From Lingula anatina (taxonomy: Eukaryota > Animalia > Brachiopoda), in NCBI GenBank assembly GCA_051362555.1, contig CM120642.1:30380001-30444000 (forward strand): DNA of 64,000 nucleotides, in the 5' to 3' direction. Under the pieces are notes generated by a model, which ran no database searches, was not told the DNA's origin, and saw only the letters and a program-made list of their open reading frames with translations. This document shows positions 11,272 to 22,825 of this stretch, one piece after another; positions within the stretch are counted from its first letter, which is position 1, and the number at the start of each line of letters is the position of its first letter. Both the position numbers and the translations under genes were made by a program.

Positions 11272-13260
11272 AATCTCCCTGTGATACAAATGTTATAAAA
11301 GTTAATAAAGTTATGCCTGTTTATCACAGAAGGGGTAAAGTAATAAATTGGTTATTTAATGGCAATAAAACTAATTTTGATTTGATCTGCTCTGGACTGA
11401 TGCTCACTAATCGACCACTCGGATTATTCACGGACCATATGTGTAGTCTACTAGATTCCACAGGATATATAAAAAAATTTTCTTTTGTCATAAATGGTTG
11501 ACATATCAATGTTCTTTCTTGATTGAAAGTGATAATATTTTTTATGATGAAAGGTGTTTGTCCAACATATATAGCATTATCTGGTTGTTTAACTGATAAA
11601 AAAAAATTTTCCATATGAAGTTCTTTATATTGTTTGCATTGCTGATATTCTTCTGGGACTGGTCCTCTGTGGTGTTCTTTTTTACAAAATGTTTGTGAAG
11701 ATTTAATTTTTTTTTTCACATGTTCCCTTTCAGCAAGACGGCGTATGACTTGTTGGAGTGGCAATTTTGGTTTGCGCACAAGTCTCTTTATAGTCTGAAG
11801 ATAGTTTTCAAATGGGAAACTTGAAAAATTGTGTAAAACTCCATACATTTTAGCATGTGCAGCCAAATGAGTGAGCGAGTGAACGTTATAAATTATCTGT
11901 TCTGCACCATATGCCTCACTCATGTGCTCCACGAAAAGGGAGAGTATTTGACCAGCAAAATTACAGTAATCTCCACACAGTGTCTCACTACACAAAATGG
12001 TGATTGCTACAAAAAGCATAATAAAATGTTTATACAATGCATTTGGCAATTTTCCTCTTAGAACAACAGGACCAGTATACATAAGAAAGGTTCGGAACTC
12101 CGTAGCCTTCCATCTTTCAATTTCTGATAAAGCCCGTCCTTTACGTAGAAATTCTCTGGGAAGAAAGTCTCTCATATTGTTTATACCATCTGAGATACAC
12201 CTAATCATGTTACCCCCCAGTCTCACATGTAGTGGTCCATTCATCCACAGTGTCAACAACTTCTTCATAACCCCTAAACATACCAGGTGCATGTAATCTA
12301 GTGGAAATTGGCTGATCATGCCAATCCTCAAGGAAAGTAAATTTGACTCACCACGTTGGTGTTCATCATACATCATCTCATTAAATGCAACATCAGTTCG
12401 AGGTTGTGCATTAGTTTGTGGAAAAGTCATACGGTGATTAACCCACTCACCACTTTGAACACAGTTGTCACACCCATAATACCCTGTGTGACCTTTCACT
12501 TGTTTCACAAAGCTTCGGGCAGCTGTATCACAAACAAAATTTGATATCCTAACACTGAAATTTTTGTCATCATAAATTATACCAACTTGTTCTAAGTGTC
12601 TCATTTCTTCCACAAATTTATTCAGAAACTGATTAGCATCATTGGGTTTTGACTGTCCAATCCATAAGCCAATTACAAAGGGATCGGGCTTTTCCTCTTG
12701 TGGGAGTAAACCTAAAATTGGCCAAAAGGATTCAGTACTGCTCTTAAAAAGAGGCAAGCCATCAATATTTATCTGCAGAATGATTTCCTCTTGAGATGCA
12801 AGTTCCTGATGAGATGCCAATCTGCATTTTATTCCATATTCTATGCCAAAATGATGATAATTGCCTCCTGCAACTTGATCAATGATGTATGATTGTTTAG
12901 TTTGCAGGAGTGTCCGGCTGTCTTTTGGCAAAAAAGGAAAATATGGTTTTAAAATACCCAAAAGACTGTTTGCATGACTCAATGGAAGGTTGCTGGTAAT
13001 CACCCAATCCCTCAGTTTCTTTGCAAAATCTTCATCTTCTTCACCATCTGAAGAACTAGTGTCCGACACGTCATCATTGCTGCTATCATCACTGAAATTG
13101 CTTTCAATATCAAAAGTCATATCCATATTTTCCTGATAACTGGCCTGTGAACAAGCAGATTCTTCATCAGAAACATCAGCTGTTGTCATTGTCTCCTCAT
13201 GCTCAATGGTTTGCTCTGCAGGTAAGATGTCATTATCATCTTCACTAGATGATTCATCAT

Positions 13261-14105
13261 TCGCCTTATTCATATAGACCATAATCCTTTGCGCGCAACA
13301 GGAGTTCCGGTATTTTTTTCCCATATCAATTCTATAGACGCGTGAATTAAATGCCGCACAGGTAAGTGAAAAATGATTATTTAATTTCAAATAAAATAGA
13401 TATGAATAAAACTAATATTTCTCCTCATGATTATCACATTTTGCCATGAAATTAGTCGTTTTTTAATAATTTTTTTTTATTTAGACGATAGGCTGACTTG
13501 GAGCGCATTTGCGCACCGCAGTGTGTTAGATGTGTTGAGAGGAGATTGCGTTCGTGCTTGTCTTGTTTGACCCATTTTTAAAGTCACGTTGGTTTGTTTT
13601 GTTTTTCCGCGAGTCCGATATGAGTCGGATGTCCATTTTGTAAACCATAGCCAGGCCAAATTTACCCAACTTCCAGCAAGAGAGCCGTGAGTGAGACACT
13701 GAGAGGAATTTGATATGTCAGGAAAGTCGTATACCCATTTAATTTATCTTTATGATTCCCTATGTCAGCTGTTCCGTTAATCTTAGACCAAAACATCTGT
13801 TTTAAAGTATATGATAGTAAGGATTTTAAGTAACGATACTAAAATGTACAAGAAGAAAAGGATGCCTAATAAATGTCTAATAAAGGCAAATAAATTCAGC
13901 GCTTCCACTATCATGCTTGTGGGCTGATTTGATAGTTGTCGGCGCCACTAGCTTGATTTTAGTGGTACATTGTTTTGAGGCAGTGGACATTAGTCAGGAC
14001 AGGTGGCAGTGAAATATCACAGGAGAGCAAGCTCAGTGGTAGAGCGTTCACCTTGTGTGGAAGGTCTTGGGTTCGATTCCCAAGCTCTCCCTTTTTCCAA
14101 AGTTA
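13261..14105 (+). repeat. Left long TIR of ISL2EU (~845 bp)
   Basis: About 340 bp perfect, a diverged middle, then ~13880-14095 near-identical to the reverse complement of the right end. Confidence 0.9.
14022..14091 (+). ncRNA. tRNA-like cassette at the inner end of the left TIR, followed by T5
   Basis: GGAGAGC-AA-GCTCAGTGGTAGAGC-G-TTCACCTTGTGTGGAA-GGTC-TTGGG-TTCGATT-CCCAA-GCTCTCC-C-TTTTT. Acceptor, D and T stems pair perfectly and the B box is intact; the anticodon arm is 1 nt short (nominal TGT) and position 8 is A. Confidence 0.72.
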
Positions 14106-14408
14106 ATACCAATAGCCTACCAGTAACTGCATGCATTCCTGTCCAATACTGCATATTCATGCTCTCAAACAGTTATTTTAAATTGCGTACAATATTTAAT
14201 TGTATCTTCTTTCAAATAGCATACATTGCTGAGCTACAAAGCAAATGGCAAAAAATTTATCCATTATATATTAGCATATCTTGGTTTAATATCTTTAATT
14301 CTTAATATATTTATAATACTAAATGTGCTCATCTTGCCCTAAAGTCTACTTTATTTTGTACCATCATTTTGCCATAATTTTCTACAGGGAATAAAGTCAT
14401 TCAGAATA

Positions 14409-16336
14409 ATGAAAAAGGCATATGTGGGCGACTACTGCTGCGTGCCTGGATGCACAAACTCCCGTGGGAAATGTAATCGGGAGGGGCAAGCAATTAGCTT
14501 TTACCAATTCCCCAAAGATGTGAGCCGCAAACACAACTGGCTGTGCCACATACCTGTTGAGAAGGATTTTACACCTACTACATCCACAAGGATATGTTCT
14601 GTGCATTTTGCAGGAGGTATATATAATCAGCTTAAATGTCTGTCACACAATATACCAAATCAACTAGGGGGTAAAGAAAATTATCCTCTATCAGCTATAC
14701 TAGGTGTGACAGACATTAAAGCAATTTATTTGATAGCAATTTAATGAGATTCCCCAGGGAGTTATACTGATCCAGATGGATCAATCTAGGCATGAGATAG
14801 GGAAGATGATCAATTAATTATTTTTTTTATGGATCAATCTAGGCATGAGATAGGGAAGATGATCAATTAATTAATTTTATTATTATTATTATTATTTATT
14901 GCGGTTCAAGTACATTTTTTAAAATGACTATGACCTAACAGTATACATTATATAATCATATAACTAAAATTACAATAGTAAATTACAATATTGTTTATAC
15001 AATAACTGCAATCAGATTTTGCAATTGCAGTATACGCTCAGTTACTTTGGTTGATATATATAATTATATTTACTCATTTACAGGTAGAAAAAATGATGAC
15101 CCAACTCATCCAAGCTACTCACCAACTATTTTTCCCAATAGTTCCTCAAAGCCCCGCACAACAAATAACTCTTTATCTGCAAATAGGAGCTACAACCAAA
15201 AGCCAAAACATATTTTCAGGAAAAGATCATCAACTGGCAGGCAAGCTGCTGGCAGGCCAAAAGTTGCCAGACTTTTAGATTGTCTGAATGAAGCAGGAGA
15301 TCATGATTATTATACAACAAATAAACAACAAAATTTAACAAAAATTCAACAATTGGAAAAAGAGGTAACTGAATTGAAAGAGCAAATTTCTGATTTAAAA
15401 GGAAAATTTCTTCGTTTGGAAAATATAAAAGATGATGACAGAAAATTTCAGTTTTGGACTAATTTGCCAAATTTTTTAGTTTTTTCTTCATTATGCGATT
15501 ACTTAAAAACAAGAACAGATTCAAATAATTTATGTTACTGGAATGGAGAGGCCACAAACACAACAGGGATGACGTCTAAAAAAGGGCCAACTAGAAAATT
15601 TACATTTGAAGAAGAATTTTTTATGGTTTTAGTTAAATTAAAGACAGGAAAATTTAATGAAGACATTGCTCAAACTTTTGATATAAGCACAGGTCATTTT
15701 TCGAAAATCTTTACAACATGGATTAATTTTCTGAGCAATGAACTTAAAACCTTATTTGAAATGAAATATTCAACAGAAGAACAACCTAATTGCTTTCAAT
15801 CATTTGACAATTTAAAAATTATTTTAGACTGCACAGAACTTTTATTACAAAAATCATCATCACTTGATTCAAGAAAGAGCACATTTTCAAATTATAAACA
15901 TCACGATACAGTGAAATTTCTTGTTGGCATATCACCAAATCTTGCCGTGAACTTTGTGTCCAGTGCATGGGGTGGCAGAGCTTCAGACAAGCATATTACC
16001 CTGAACTCTGAGCCACTCCTGCATGGACTCAAGAGGGGGGATTTGGTGATGTCTGACAGAGGTTTCACTGTATCTGATGAATTGGAATTTCAAGGTGTAA
16101 AGATCGTAATGCCTGATTTTAAGGGAAGAGAAAGAGTGCAATTCACAAATGCCGAATCAAATAGATCAAACAAAATTTCCCATGCAAGAATTCACGTAGA
16201 AAGGATCATACAAAGAATTAAGACATTTCACTTATTAGAACAAATTGTTAAGTTAAATATGTTTGACCTATTTGAGCAAATTTTTGTTGTTTGTGCTTAC
16301 CTGACAAACTTTCAGTTACCAGTTATAAAGAAATAA
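14409..16336 (+). CDS. THAP + HTH + DDE_Tnp_4 transposase of ISL2EU, 2 exons (14409-14616, 15084-16336), 486 aa
   Basis: THAP C2CH (CCVPGC..FP..W..ICSVHF..PTIF) joins in frame across a GT-AG intron. Coiled coil, HTH region (EEFFMVLVKLK..DIAQTFDIS), and catalytic IILDCTE, SDRGF, RIHVERII. Confidence 0.92.
14776..14873. repeat. 45-bp direct repeat x2 in the THAP intron
   Basis: ATGGATCAATCTAGGCATGAGATAGGGAAGATGATCAATTAATTA at 14776 and 14829. Confidence 0.85.
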
Positions 16337-16868
16337 ATAATTCCATTCTTATTTAGTTTGTTTATTTTTAGTTAGCATTTTTTGTGATTAATTGTCTTTT
16401 TCAATAATGAATTCTTGCATGGGAAATCAAGTCCAGTTATTCAGCATTACAGTCCAGACTAAGAGCACACCAAAGTTCAGTAAAATTTTGTATTTGTAAA
16501 TCTCCAAGAAAACCCACTTTCAGCTTAAAATGCAGAATAATCCAGGCAAGGCAAGTTTGATTACAGTCAGTTTTATTCAAATACGTATGTGGTCAGGTTG
16601 AAACTGTATTTATATTTGTCATAGTGGTGATTTCACGGCCAAACTTCATTTTAGGAACTTCCACATTTAAATCAAATTAAATCAACATTTGGTAAAGATC
16701 ATTCAGATGCCTCTTTTATAATGACATTATATGAATCTGTTAATGTATGTTATTCATTGAAAAAAACTAACCAAGTTTAAAAGGATATTTTCAGTTTAAA
16801 AAGGATTGAATAACTTTATTTATGGCTTCATCCCCAAGTTGGAGTTTAAAGCAGTCTGACTTAAATTA

Positions 16869-17283
16869 TGTTGAAGGTCTCTAGTAATATGTCTTAATTC
16901 TGTTAATTGGCTTCAATATCTCTGACTTGTTTTAGGAATCACTGTAATGTATTTTGTGTGTATCAGTATATAAGGAGAAGAACTTTGTATTAGAGACAGA
17001 GAGAGATTGGGGATCAGAGCTCGGAGTGAGTTTGGTCAGTCAAACCGATAGCTGGATTGTCCCTGCTGTCTTAGGAGACTCCAGATCTCTCAACCAGAGA
17101 AATAAACGTAAAGATCAGTCATTTGTAGTTGTTCTCTGGAAAACATATTACTGCTGTTGTGTTACCTGTTGGAGAAGTAAATCAGACCAAAGAGTCCCGT
17201 GATATATTCATCAAAGGAGAATTCTGCAGACTACTGTAATATCATTTCCTGTCAGAGATGTAATGCAGACTTACATCTCAACA
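16869..17283 (+). mobile_element. Putative solo LTR (415 bp) inside ISL2EU
   Basis: TGTTGA...TCAACA termini, TATATAA at 16967, AATAAA at 17101; flanks ATTA/AGTA form an imperfect 4-bp TSD. Confidence 0.45.
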
Positions 17284-17855
17284 AGTAATTTTAATATTTT
17301 TGAAATATGAACATATTATAAGATTGTATAATAAAGGTATGGGATTGGTATGTTACTACATTGATAAGAAATGCCATTTTCAGCCAGTAATTTATTGTAC
17401 ATCCCAATTAGTCATTTGAGTACATACATATAGTATTGGAATAGAATAAAATTTTCATGTTTGTGTACTCAACATTTGTATTTTTACATCATTTAAACTG
17501 TTATTGTAATTGACTTTGTAAAACACTGTATTTTATCATGAACTGTTCAAGTCCTTAAATAAACTCATTAAGGAGGAAATTGCAATTACTCCTCAAATCT
17601 TCATATAAATGCATGTTACCAAACTTTTTGTAAATACATTATGAACAAGTTTAGGCATTTATGTATATGTTGACATGATGGTGATTGAGGTTGGGTATAA
17701 TGATTTAATATAATTATATAAACAACCATTCTCAATATGAAAGTACTACACCAATATGTGCACATATTTTGTAATGTTCTATATACATCATATAATTACA
17801 CTGGGAATCATTTCCCAATATTGGTTTTGACCAATTCAGTAATCATTTTCATTCC

Positions 17856-19709
17856 CTAACACATCTTGGGCATTTTGTTCTTATTGTTCCAGCTTAAAAT
17901 ATTCGGCACTATATATTTCTTAAAAAAGCTTACACAACCAGGTAATAATTTTTTTTGGCAAAATTCAGCATTATACCCAACCTCAATCACCATCATGTCA
18001 ACATTTGTCCAAATTACAAATTCACATTTATTCAATTTTAGAATATACATCAATGCCTGAACTTGTTCATAATAGCCCTCTGTTGAGAATGGTTTTAGCA
18101 TAAAATTGCCATCCAGATACCTTATCTTACCACATTTTATGGCATCTTTCACCATCATATTCCTGCATGAATATGGACACTTAATTTCTAACACTCTCTC
18201 AGAATGGCAGCTACATGTTATTATTCCATCTGGACTGCCTCTTATATATGGATAGTCTTCAGCAACAACTAGGCCTTTCTCATTAATTGACAAGTTTGTG
18301 TGTTGCTTCTTCTGTTGTCTAAGGTACTGATCTCTTGCCTTCTTTTCATTACTAATCCCCCACTTAAGTGATGGTACTGTAGTATAAGGGATATTGTCTT
18401 CAGAGCATTCTCTCCCCATGATGGCAGTAATGACCGATTTGCATGGGGGTTTCTGCTTTTCAAATGTGCGAAGAATGGACCCCATCCTTGAGGCTGTAAC
18501 TGCACCCCTTCTTTGCTGGTGCCACTCAGGGTTCTCTCTCTGGCCTCTTGTGGATTCCTCAATCTGATGAATTTCATTTTCACTAAATTTTATTGATTTT
18601 ACAAAATTTTCAACTTGATCGTTAATGCATGCATCATAATCACAATTATGAGGATGGTCAAAAATTGGTAATGGTAATGCAGTGACAGTAACTTCATTGT
18701 CAAATAAAATTGAATTGTCATTTTCTAGGTGTGTATCAAAGAGAATAGAATCTGGAATTTTATTTGCATTATGGAGATTTGCTCCCAAAAGATGTACTGC
18801 AGGACAATATTGTCCTATGTGATGTGTGGCATTAAAAAGGCTCGCCCTCAACTTTAAAATGTCATCTTTTGAAGGTGGTTTTTGCTGTCGTATGACCTGT
18901 CCATAGTCGTCAGGGGTCCTCTGCATGCTGCTCACATTCTTTTTTATAGGAAGATGAGACAGCAGTGATGGACTTGCAGAGGACCCTTTAGGCTCCAGCC
19001 ACTCGCACAGCAAGGAGGTGCTAGCTGTTATGTCCTCCTTGACTCCACTTGCAACTAGGTCTGCAACCCTAAATAGTGTTGCCCCTATATGGCCACATGT
19101 CAAGGAATAGCCTACAGAACAGGTACAAAACCCACCACATGGAATGGCATTGATTTTGTTTATAACAACAAAAACCACCTTTACATCCTCAGAATTTGTT
19201 GATTGAGAGGCATTGCAATAGGCCCTTATTATACTAAAAAATTTCAAATCTGAACATTGGCTATAACGAACAGAATGCACAGAATCTTTTAACTGATACG
19301 GGCGAGAGAGTTTGTAGGTTCTTGCACAATCTGCTGTGATGACTTCTGTATTTAAAAGATATCTTTTTATGTCTGACACATCTATATCTGGGATGTTTAA
19401 TAAATTCGTTGAAAAGTCATTTCGTGTACAGAGCTTTTGGGGACTGACATTTTGATGAAATTCTTGGAATTGTTCGTCAGATAATTTTACTCCTGGGTGA
19501 AGTAATGAGTCCTTTGTTTTGAACCCTGTAGTTGACAGTCCCAATATGTCACACAAAAAAATGCACCTTGCCTTTTTTGGGTAGTGCACTGCAATTTGGT
19601 GCTTCAAACATAATTTTTTTAAGGTCTCTGCTTTCAGTGCAAATACTTCTGTGCATGATCTTGGTTGTAATGTCACAGTATCTTCTTCGGTCTTGCTTTT
19701 AGTTTTCAT
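17856..19709 (-). CDS. SWIM zinc finger + YqaJ (lambda-exonuclease-like) nuclease of ISL2EU, 617 aa
   Basis: SWIM CTCSVG..TCGH; YqaJ motifs TRGQ..W...R...TASR, WG..NE..A, GSPDG, EIKCPY, YYEQVQ. ATG at 19709 lies just after the acceptor TTTTAG at 19722. Confidence 0.92.
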   Translation of the reverse strand: MKTKSKTEEDTVTLQPRSCTEVFALKAETLKKLCLKHQIAVHYPKKARCIFLCDILGLSTTGFKTKDSLLHPGVKLSDEQFQEFHQNVSPQKLCTRNDFSTNLLNIPDIDVSDIKRYLLNTEVITADCARTYKLSRPYQLKDSVHSVRYSQCSDLKFFSIIRAYCNASQSTNSEDVKVVFVVINKINAIPCGGFCTCSVGYSLTCGHIGATLFRVADLVASGVKEDITASTSLLCEWLEPKGSSASPSLLSHLPIKKNVSSMQRTPDDYGQVIRQQKPPSKDDILKLRASLFNATHHIGQYCPAVHLLGANLHNANKIPDSILFDTHLENDNSILFDNEVTVTALPLPIFDHPHNCDYDACINDQVENFVKSIKFSENEIHQIEESTRGQRENPEWHQQRRGAVTASRMGSILRTFEKQKPPCKSVITAIMGRECSEDNIPYTTVPSLKWGISNEKKARDQYLRQQKKQHTNLSINEKGLVVAEDYPYIRGSPDGIITCSCHSERVLEIKCPYSCRNMMVKDAIKCGKIRYLDGNFMLKPFSTEGYYEQVQALMYILKLNKCEFVIWTNVDMMVIEVGYNAEFCQKKLLPGCVSFFKKYIVPNILSWNNKNKMPKMC

Positions 19710-20389
19710 CTCCCCAACCAACTAAAATAAAAACATGAGATTTCTATACTAGTTGTGACAGACATTAAAGCAATTTATTTGTAACAGGAAGCATTAATTA
19801 GGGCAGGGGAAGAGGTTTAGACAGTAACAACAAGAGATCAATGTTTGTACATGTGTACAATTAGGGATCAAAAACTAGACCCTCACCCTAGACCTTTCAT
19901 AATGGGTAAATGACAACAATGAACTTGCTTTCCTTATGATTTTCTTCTTTGCATTTATTCTGCCTTATATTCAATACCGGATAACTACTAGTACTAGAAT
20001 AATTTCATAAAATCAGACAGGGAAAAATCACACAGGGAAAATATAATCTGCTATACTCAAGTAAACATATCAAGAAAGGTTCAACTATCAATTGTCCTTT
20101 ACCTAGTAGACTAAGTTAGCATATCCTAACCACTTTCAAATAAATAATGATGCTTTTCAGAGTGGAAACCTCCATGCATGCAATACATGTTCAAAGTACA
20201 ACATACTTACAGATCCTGTACACCATGGGCACCTTGAGAGGAAATGATCATAAAATGGACAAAATGTTTTCTGTACTAATATACAAGTATAAATGAAAAA
20301 CAATACTCTATATGATACAAATATATTTTAAAATTTGATACTGTTTGAGGGCAAATGTAGGACAAGAAGGTAGTTATTTAAGTAGCTGG

Positions 20390-21248
20390 TAACTTTGGAA
20401 AAGGGAGAGCTTGGGAATCGAACCCAAGACCTTCCACACAAGGTGAACGCTCTACCACTGAGCTTGCTCTCCTGTGATATTTCACTGCCACCTGTCCTGA
20501 CTAATGTCCACTGCCTCAAAACAATGTACCACTAAAATCAAGCTAGTGGCGCTGACAACTATCAAATCAGCCCACAAGCATGATAGTGGAAGCGCTGAAT
20601 TTATTTGCCTTTATCAGACATATTGTTCTGACCAGAATTACCCTTTTCTTCTTGTACATTTTAGTATCGTTATTTTAAAAATGGGACACTCTTACTATAT
20701 CTAATATACTTTCAAACAAATGTAAATATTTTGGTCTAAAAATAACGGAACAACTGACATATGGTAACATAAATATAAGTGGGTATGCGACTTTCCTGAC
20801 ATATCAATTCCCTCTCAGTGTCTCACTCCAGGCGCTCTTGCTGGAATTTTTGATAATTTTGACCTGGCTGTGGTTTGAATAATTTGGACATCGAACTCGC
20901 AGAAAATCAAAACAAACCAACGTGACTTTAAAAATGGGTCAAACAAGACAAGCACGAACGCAATCTCCTCTCAACACATCTAACACACTGCGGTGCGCAA
21001 ATGCGCTCCAAGTCAGCCTATCGTCTAAATAAAAAAAAATTATTAAAAAACGACTAATTTCATGGCAAAATGTGATAATCATGAGGAGAAATATTAGTTT
21101 TATTCATATCTATTTTATTTGAAATTAAATAATCATTTTTCACTTACCTGTGCGGCATTTAATTCACGCGTCTATAGAATTGATATGGGAAAAAAATACC
21201 GGAACTCCTGTTGCGCGCAAAGGATTATGGTCTATATGAATAAGGCGA
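20390..21248 (-). repeat. Right long TIR of ISL2EU
   Basis: Reverse complement of 13261-14105. Confidence 0.9.
20403..20472 (-). ncRNA. tRNA-like cassette at the inner end of the right TIR, followed by T4
   Basis: Exact reverse complement of 14022-14091. Confidence 0.72.
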
Positions 21249-22314
21249 ATGAAGATTTGTTAGAATCTGCTGGGCAAGTTTCTCAGCATGACGACGTAAT
21301 GTCCTGTCGCTGAGCACTGACTTTTTTCCGTCAGACATTCTGTCAAATAATTGAAATATTTATCAACATTAGGTCCTGATAAGGTAGACTATTTCTGCTT
21401 GATGAACTACACATTTTAATGAGTAGTGATTACCTTAGTAAAAAAAAAAAATCAGTGCTGGTCATTTTAGTCAGTATGTGGCCCACATTTGTTATCTTGT
21501 TCACTTTTAAAGAAATAAATGGTGTTAATATGATTGATTTTGATATAATTTATTTTGTAAGTGAGCATATATATGACATAAATGAAAAACAGTTTTTTAT
21601 ATCCATACTGTAAACCCCAAATCTGGTGATGGCAAGTCGTTATAGTTGAGGAACACCAGCACCAATGCTTTGGTGTTAGGACAATCGAAATCTCCTTTTG
21701 CATTAAGTAACAACTCAGTGATAGTTTATACACTTTTATTGCACTCAATGACAAGGCAGCAAAACTGTGAAATCTACAGCCATAAAAGCAATGCAATAAT
21801 GCACAAAATGATAATGCTAGTGTGATTGGTGCAATCTCTCAGTTCTTCAGTGCTTAAGTTCTGTAAAGCTCCTAAGCATTTTTGATAATTATTAGTTAAA
21901 GGTACATATGAATGGAGTGTTGGTGGATCATGGATTCCCAGTAACACATATAAACCACTTCTACTAGTTTATGATACAACTAAAAAAAATTCGACATGCT
22001 AAGGGATAAACTGAATAAATCATTAAATCAGCCATAGAAAACATAGAAAAGCTTTAGACTGCTCCTTTTTTTAAATTTTAGTCAGAAATTTAACCTACTT
22101 TTGTTACCGTCTTTTCTGGCCTGGCCCAATCTTTAATAGCATTGAATATACAACATTTTATAGCTCAAAGTTAGTAAGATTAACATATAGAAAGGCAGTG
22201 TCAGTCATGGCAATTACTAATCATGTCTAGTAACAAATGCACAAAACTTGACATGCAAAGTAGACTGAGTTCAAAGGCAGATTATTATGTAATTGGAGTC
22301 AAGATCATGTCTAG

Positions 22315-22401
22315 AGAAGAATCTAGGGATCGAACCTAGGACCTCTTGCGCTAGGTAAATTAACGTTCTAGGCAAGTGCTCCACCACTGAGCTAATTCTC
22401 C
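22315..22401 (-). ncRNA. tRNA-like cassette, EnSpm copy 2 (first)
   Basis: Same as 4576-4662. Confidence 0.68.
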
Positions 22402-22738
22402 TTTTTTCTAAGATGCACTCCAACCTGCCAAATAAACCCAAATCAGTTGTCTCCTTATTAATGCGGGATACTGCCAATTGTCAAGTTAGATTCTAAAATT
22501 AATATGGGAGATAGCATTTTGATTGTTATTATTATATTGGGAGCATATGGGAAATAATTAACATGTGAAAGTAGAACTTACACATTTATAGGTCTAAGTT
22601 AGTAAGATTAACATATAGAAATGGAGTGTCAGTAATGGCAATTACTATGTCTAGCAACAATTGCACAAAACTTGACATGCAAAGTAGACTGAGTTCAAAG
22701 GCAGATTATTATGTAAGTGGAGTCAATATCATGTCTAG

Positions 22739-22825
22739 AGAAGAATCTAGGGATCGGACCTAGGACCTCTTGCGCTAGGTAAATTAACGTTCTAGGCAAG
22801 TGCTCTACCACTGAGCTAATTCTCC
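22739..22825 (-). ncRNA. tRNA-like cassette, EnSpm copy 2 (second)
   Basis: Same as 5000-5086. Confidence 0.6.

Larger units (their letters stand above)
13261..21248. mobile_element. Autonomous ISL2EU (PIF/Harbinger-related) DNA transposon, 7988 bp, AT target-site duplication
   Basis: Empty site GATTCATC-AT-GAAG in copies 1 and 3; here AT|TCGCCTTATT...AATAAGGCGA|AT. Encodes convergent THAP-DDE_Tnp_4 and SWIM-YqaJ genes, the gene pair and TSD known for ISL2EU. Confidence 0.92.
11324..21338 (-). pseudogene. EnSpm transposase copy 2, interrupted after codon ~30 by the ISL2EU insertion
   Basis: Protein matches copy 1 on both sides of 13261-21248; original ATG at 21338. Confidence 0.88.

Noticed and set aside
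14022-14091. Functional tRNA-Thr(TGT), and functional tRNA-Ser(AGA) at 4576-4662
   Set aside because: The first has a short anticodon arm and A8. The second has non-canonical intron geometry and no long variable arm. Both are reported as tRNA-like ncRNA instead.
13261-21248. Polinton/Maverick or phage-derived island, suggested by long TIRs and a YqaJ viral-recombinase domain
   Set aside because: No DNA polymerase B, integrase or capsid genes; the 2-bp AT TSD and THAP-DDE plus YqaJ pair fit ISL2EU.
21119-21313. 64-aa ORF sharing its N-terminus with the 688-aa ORF
   Set aside because: It is the same TIR sequence read outward at the other end, not a gene.
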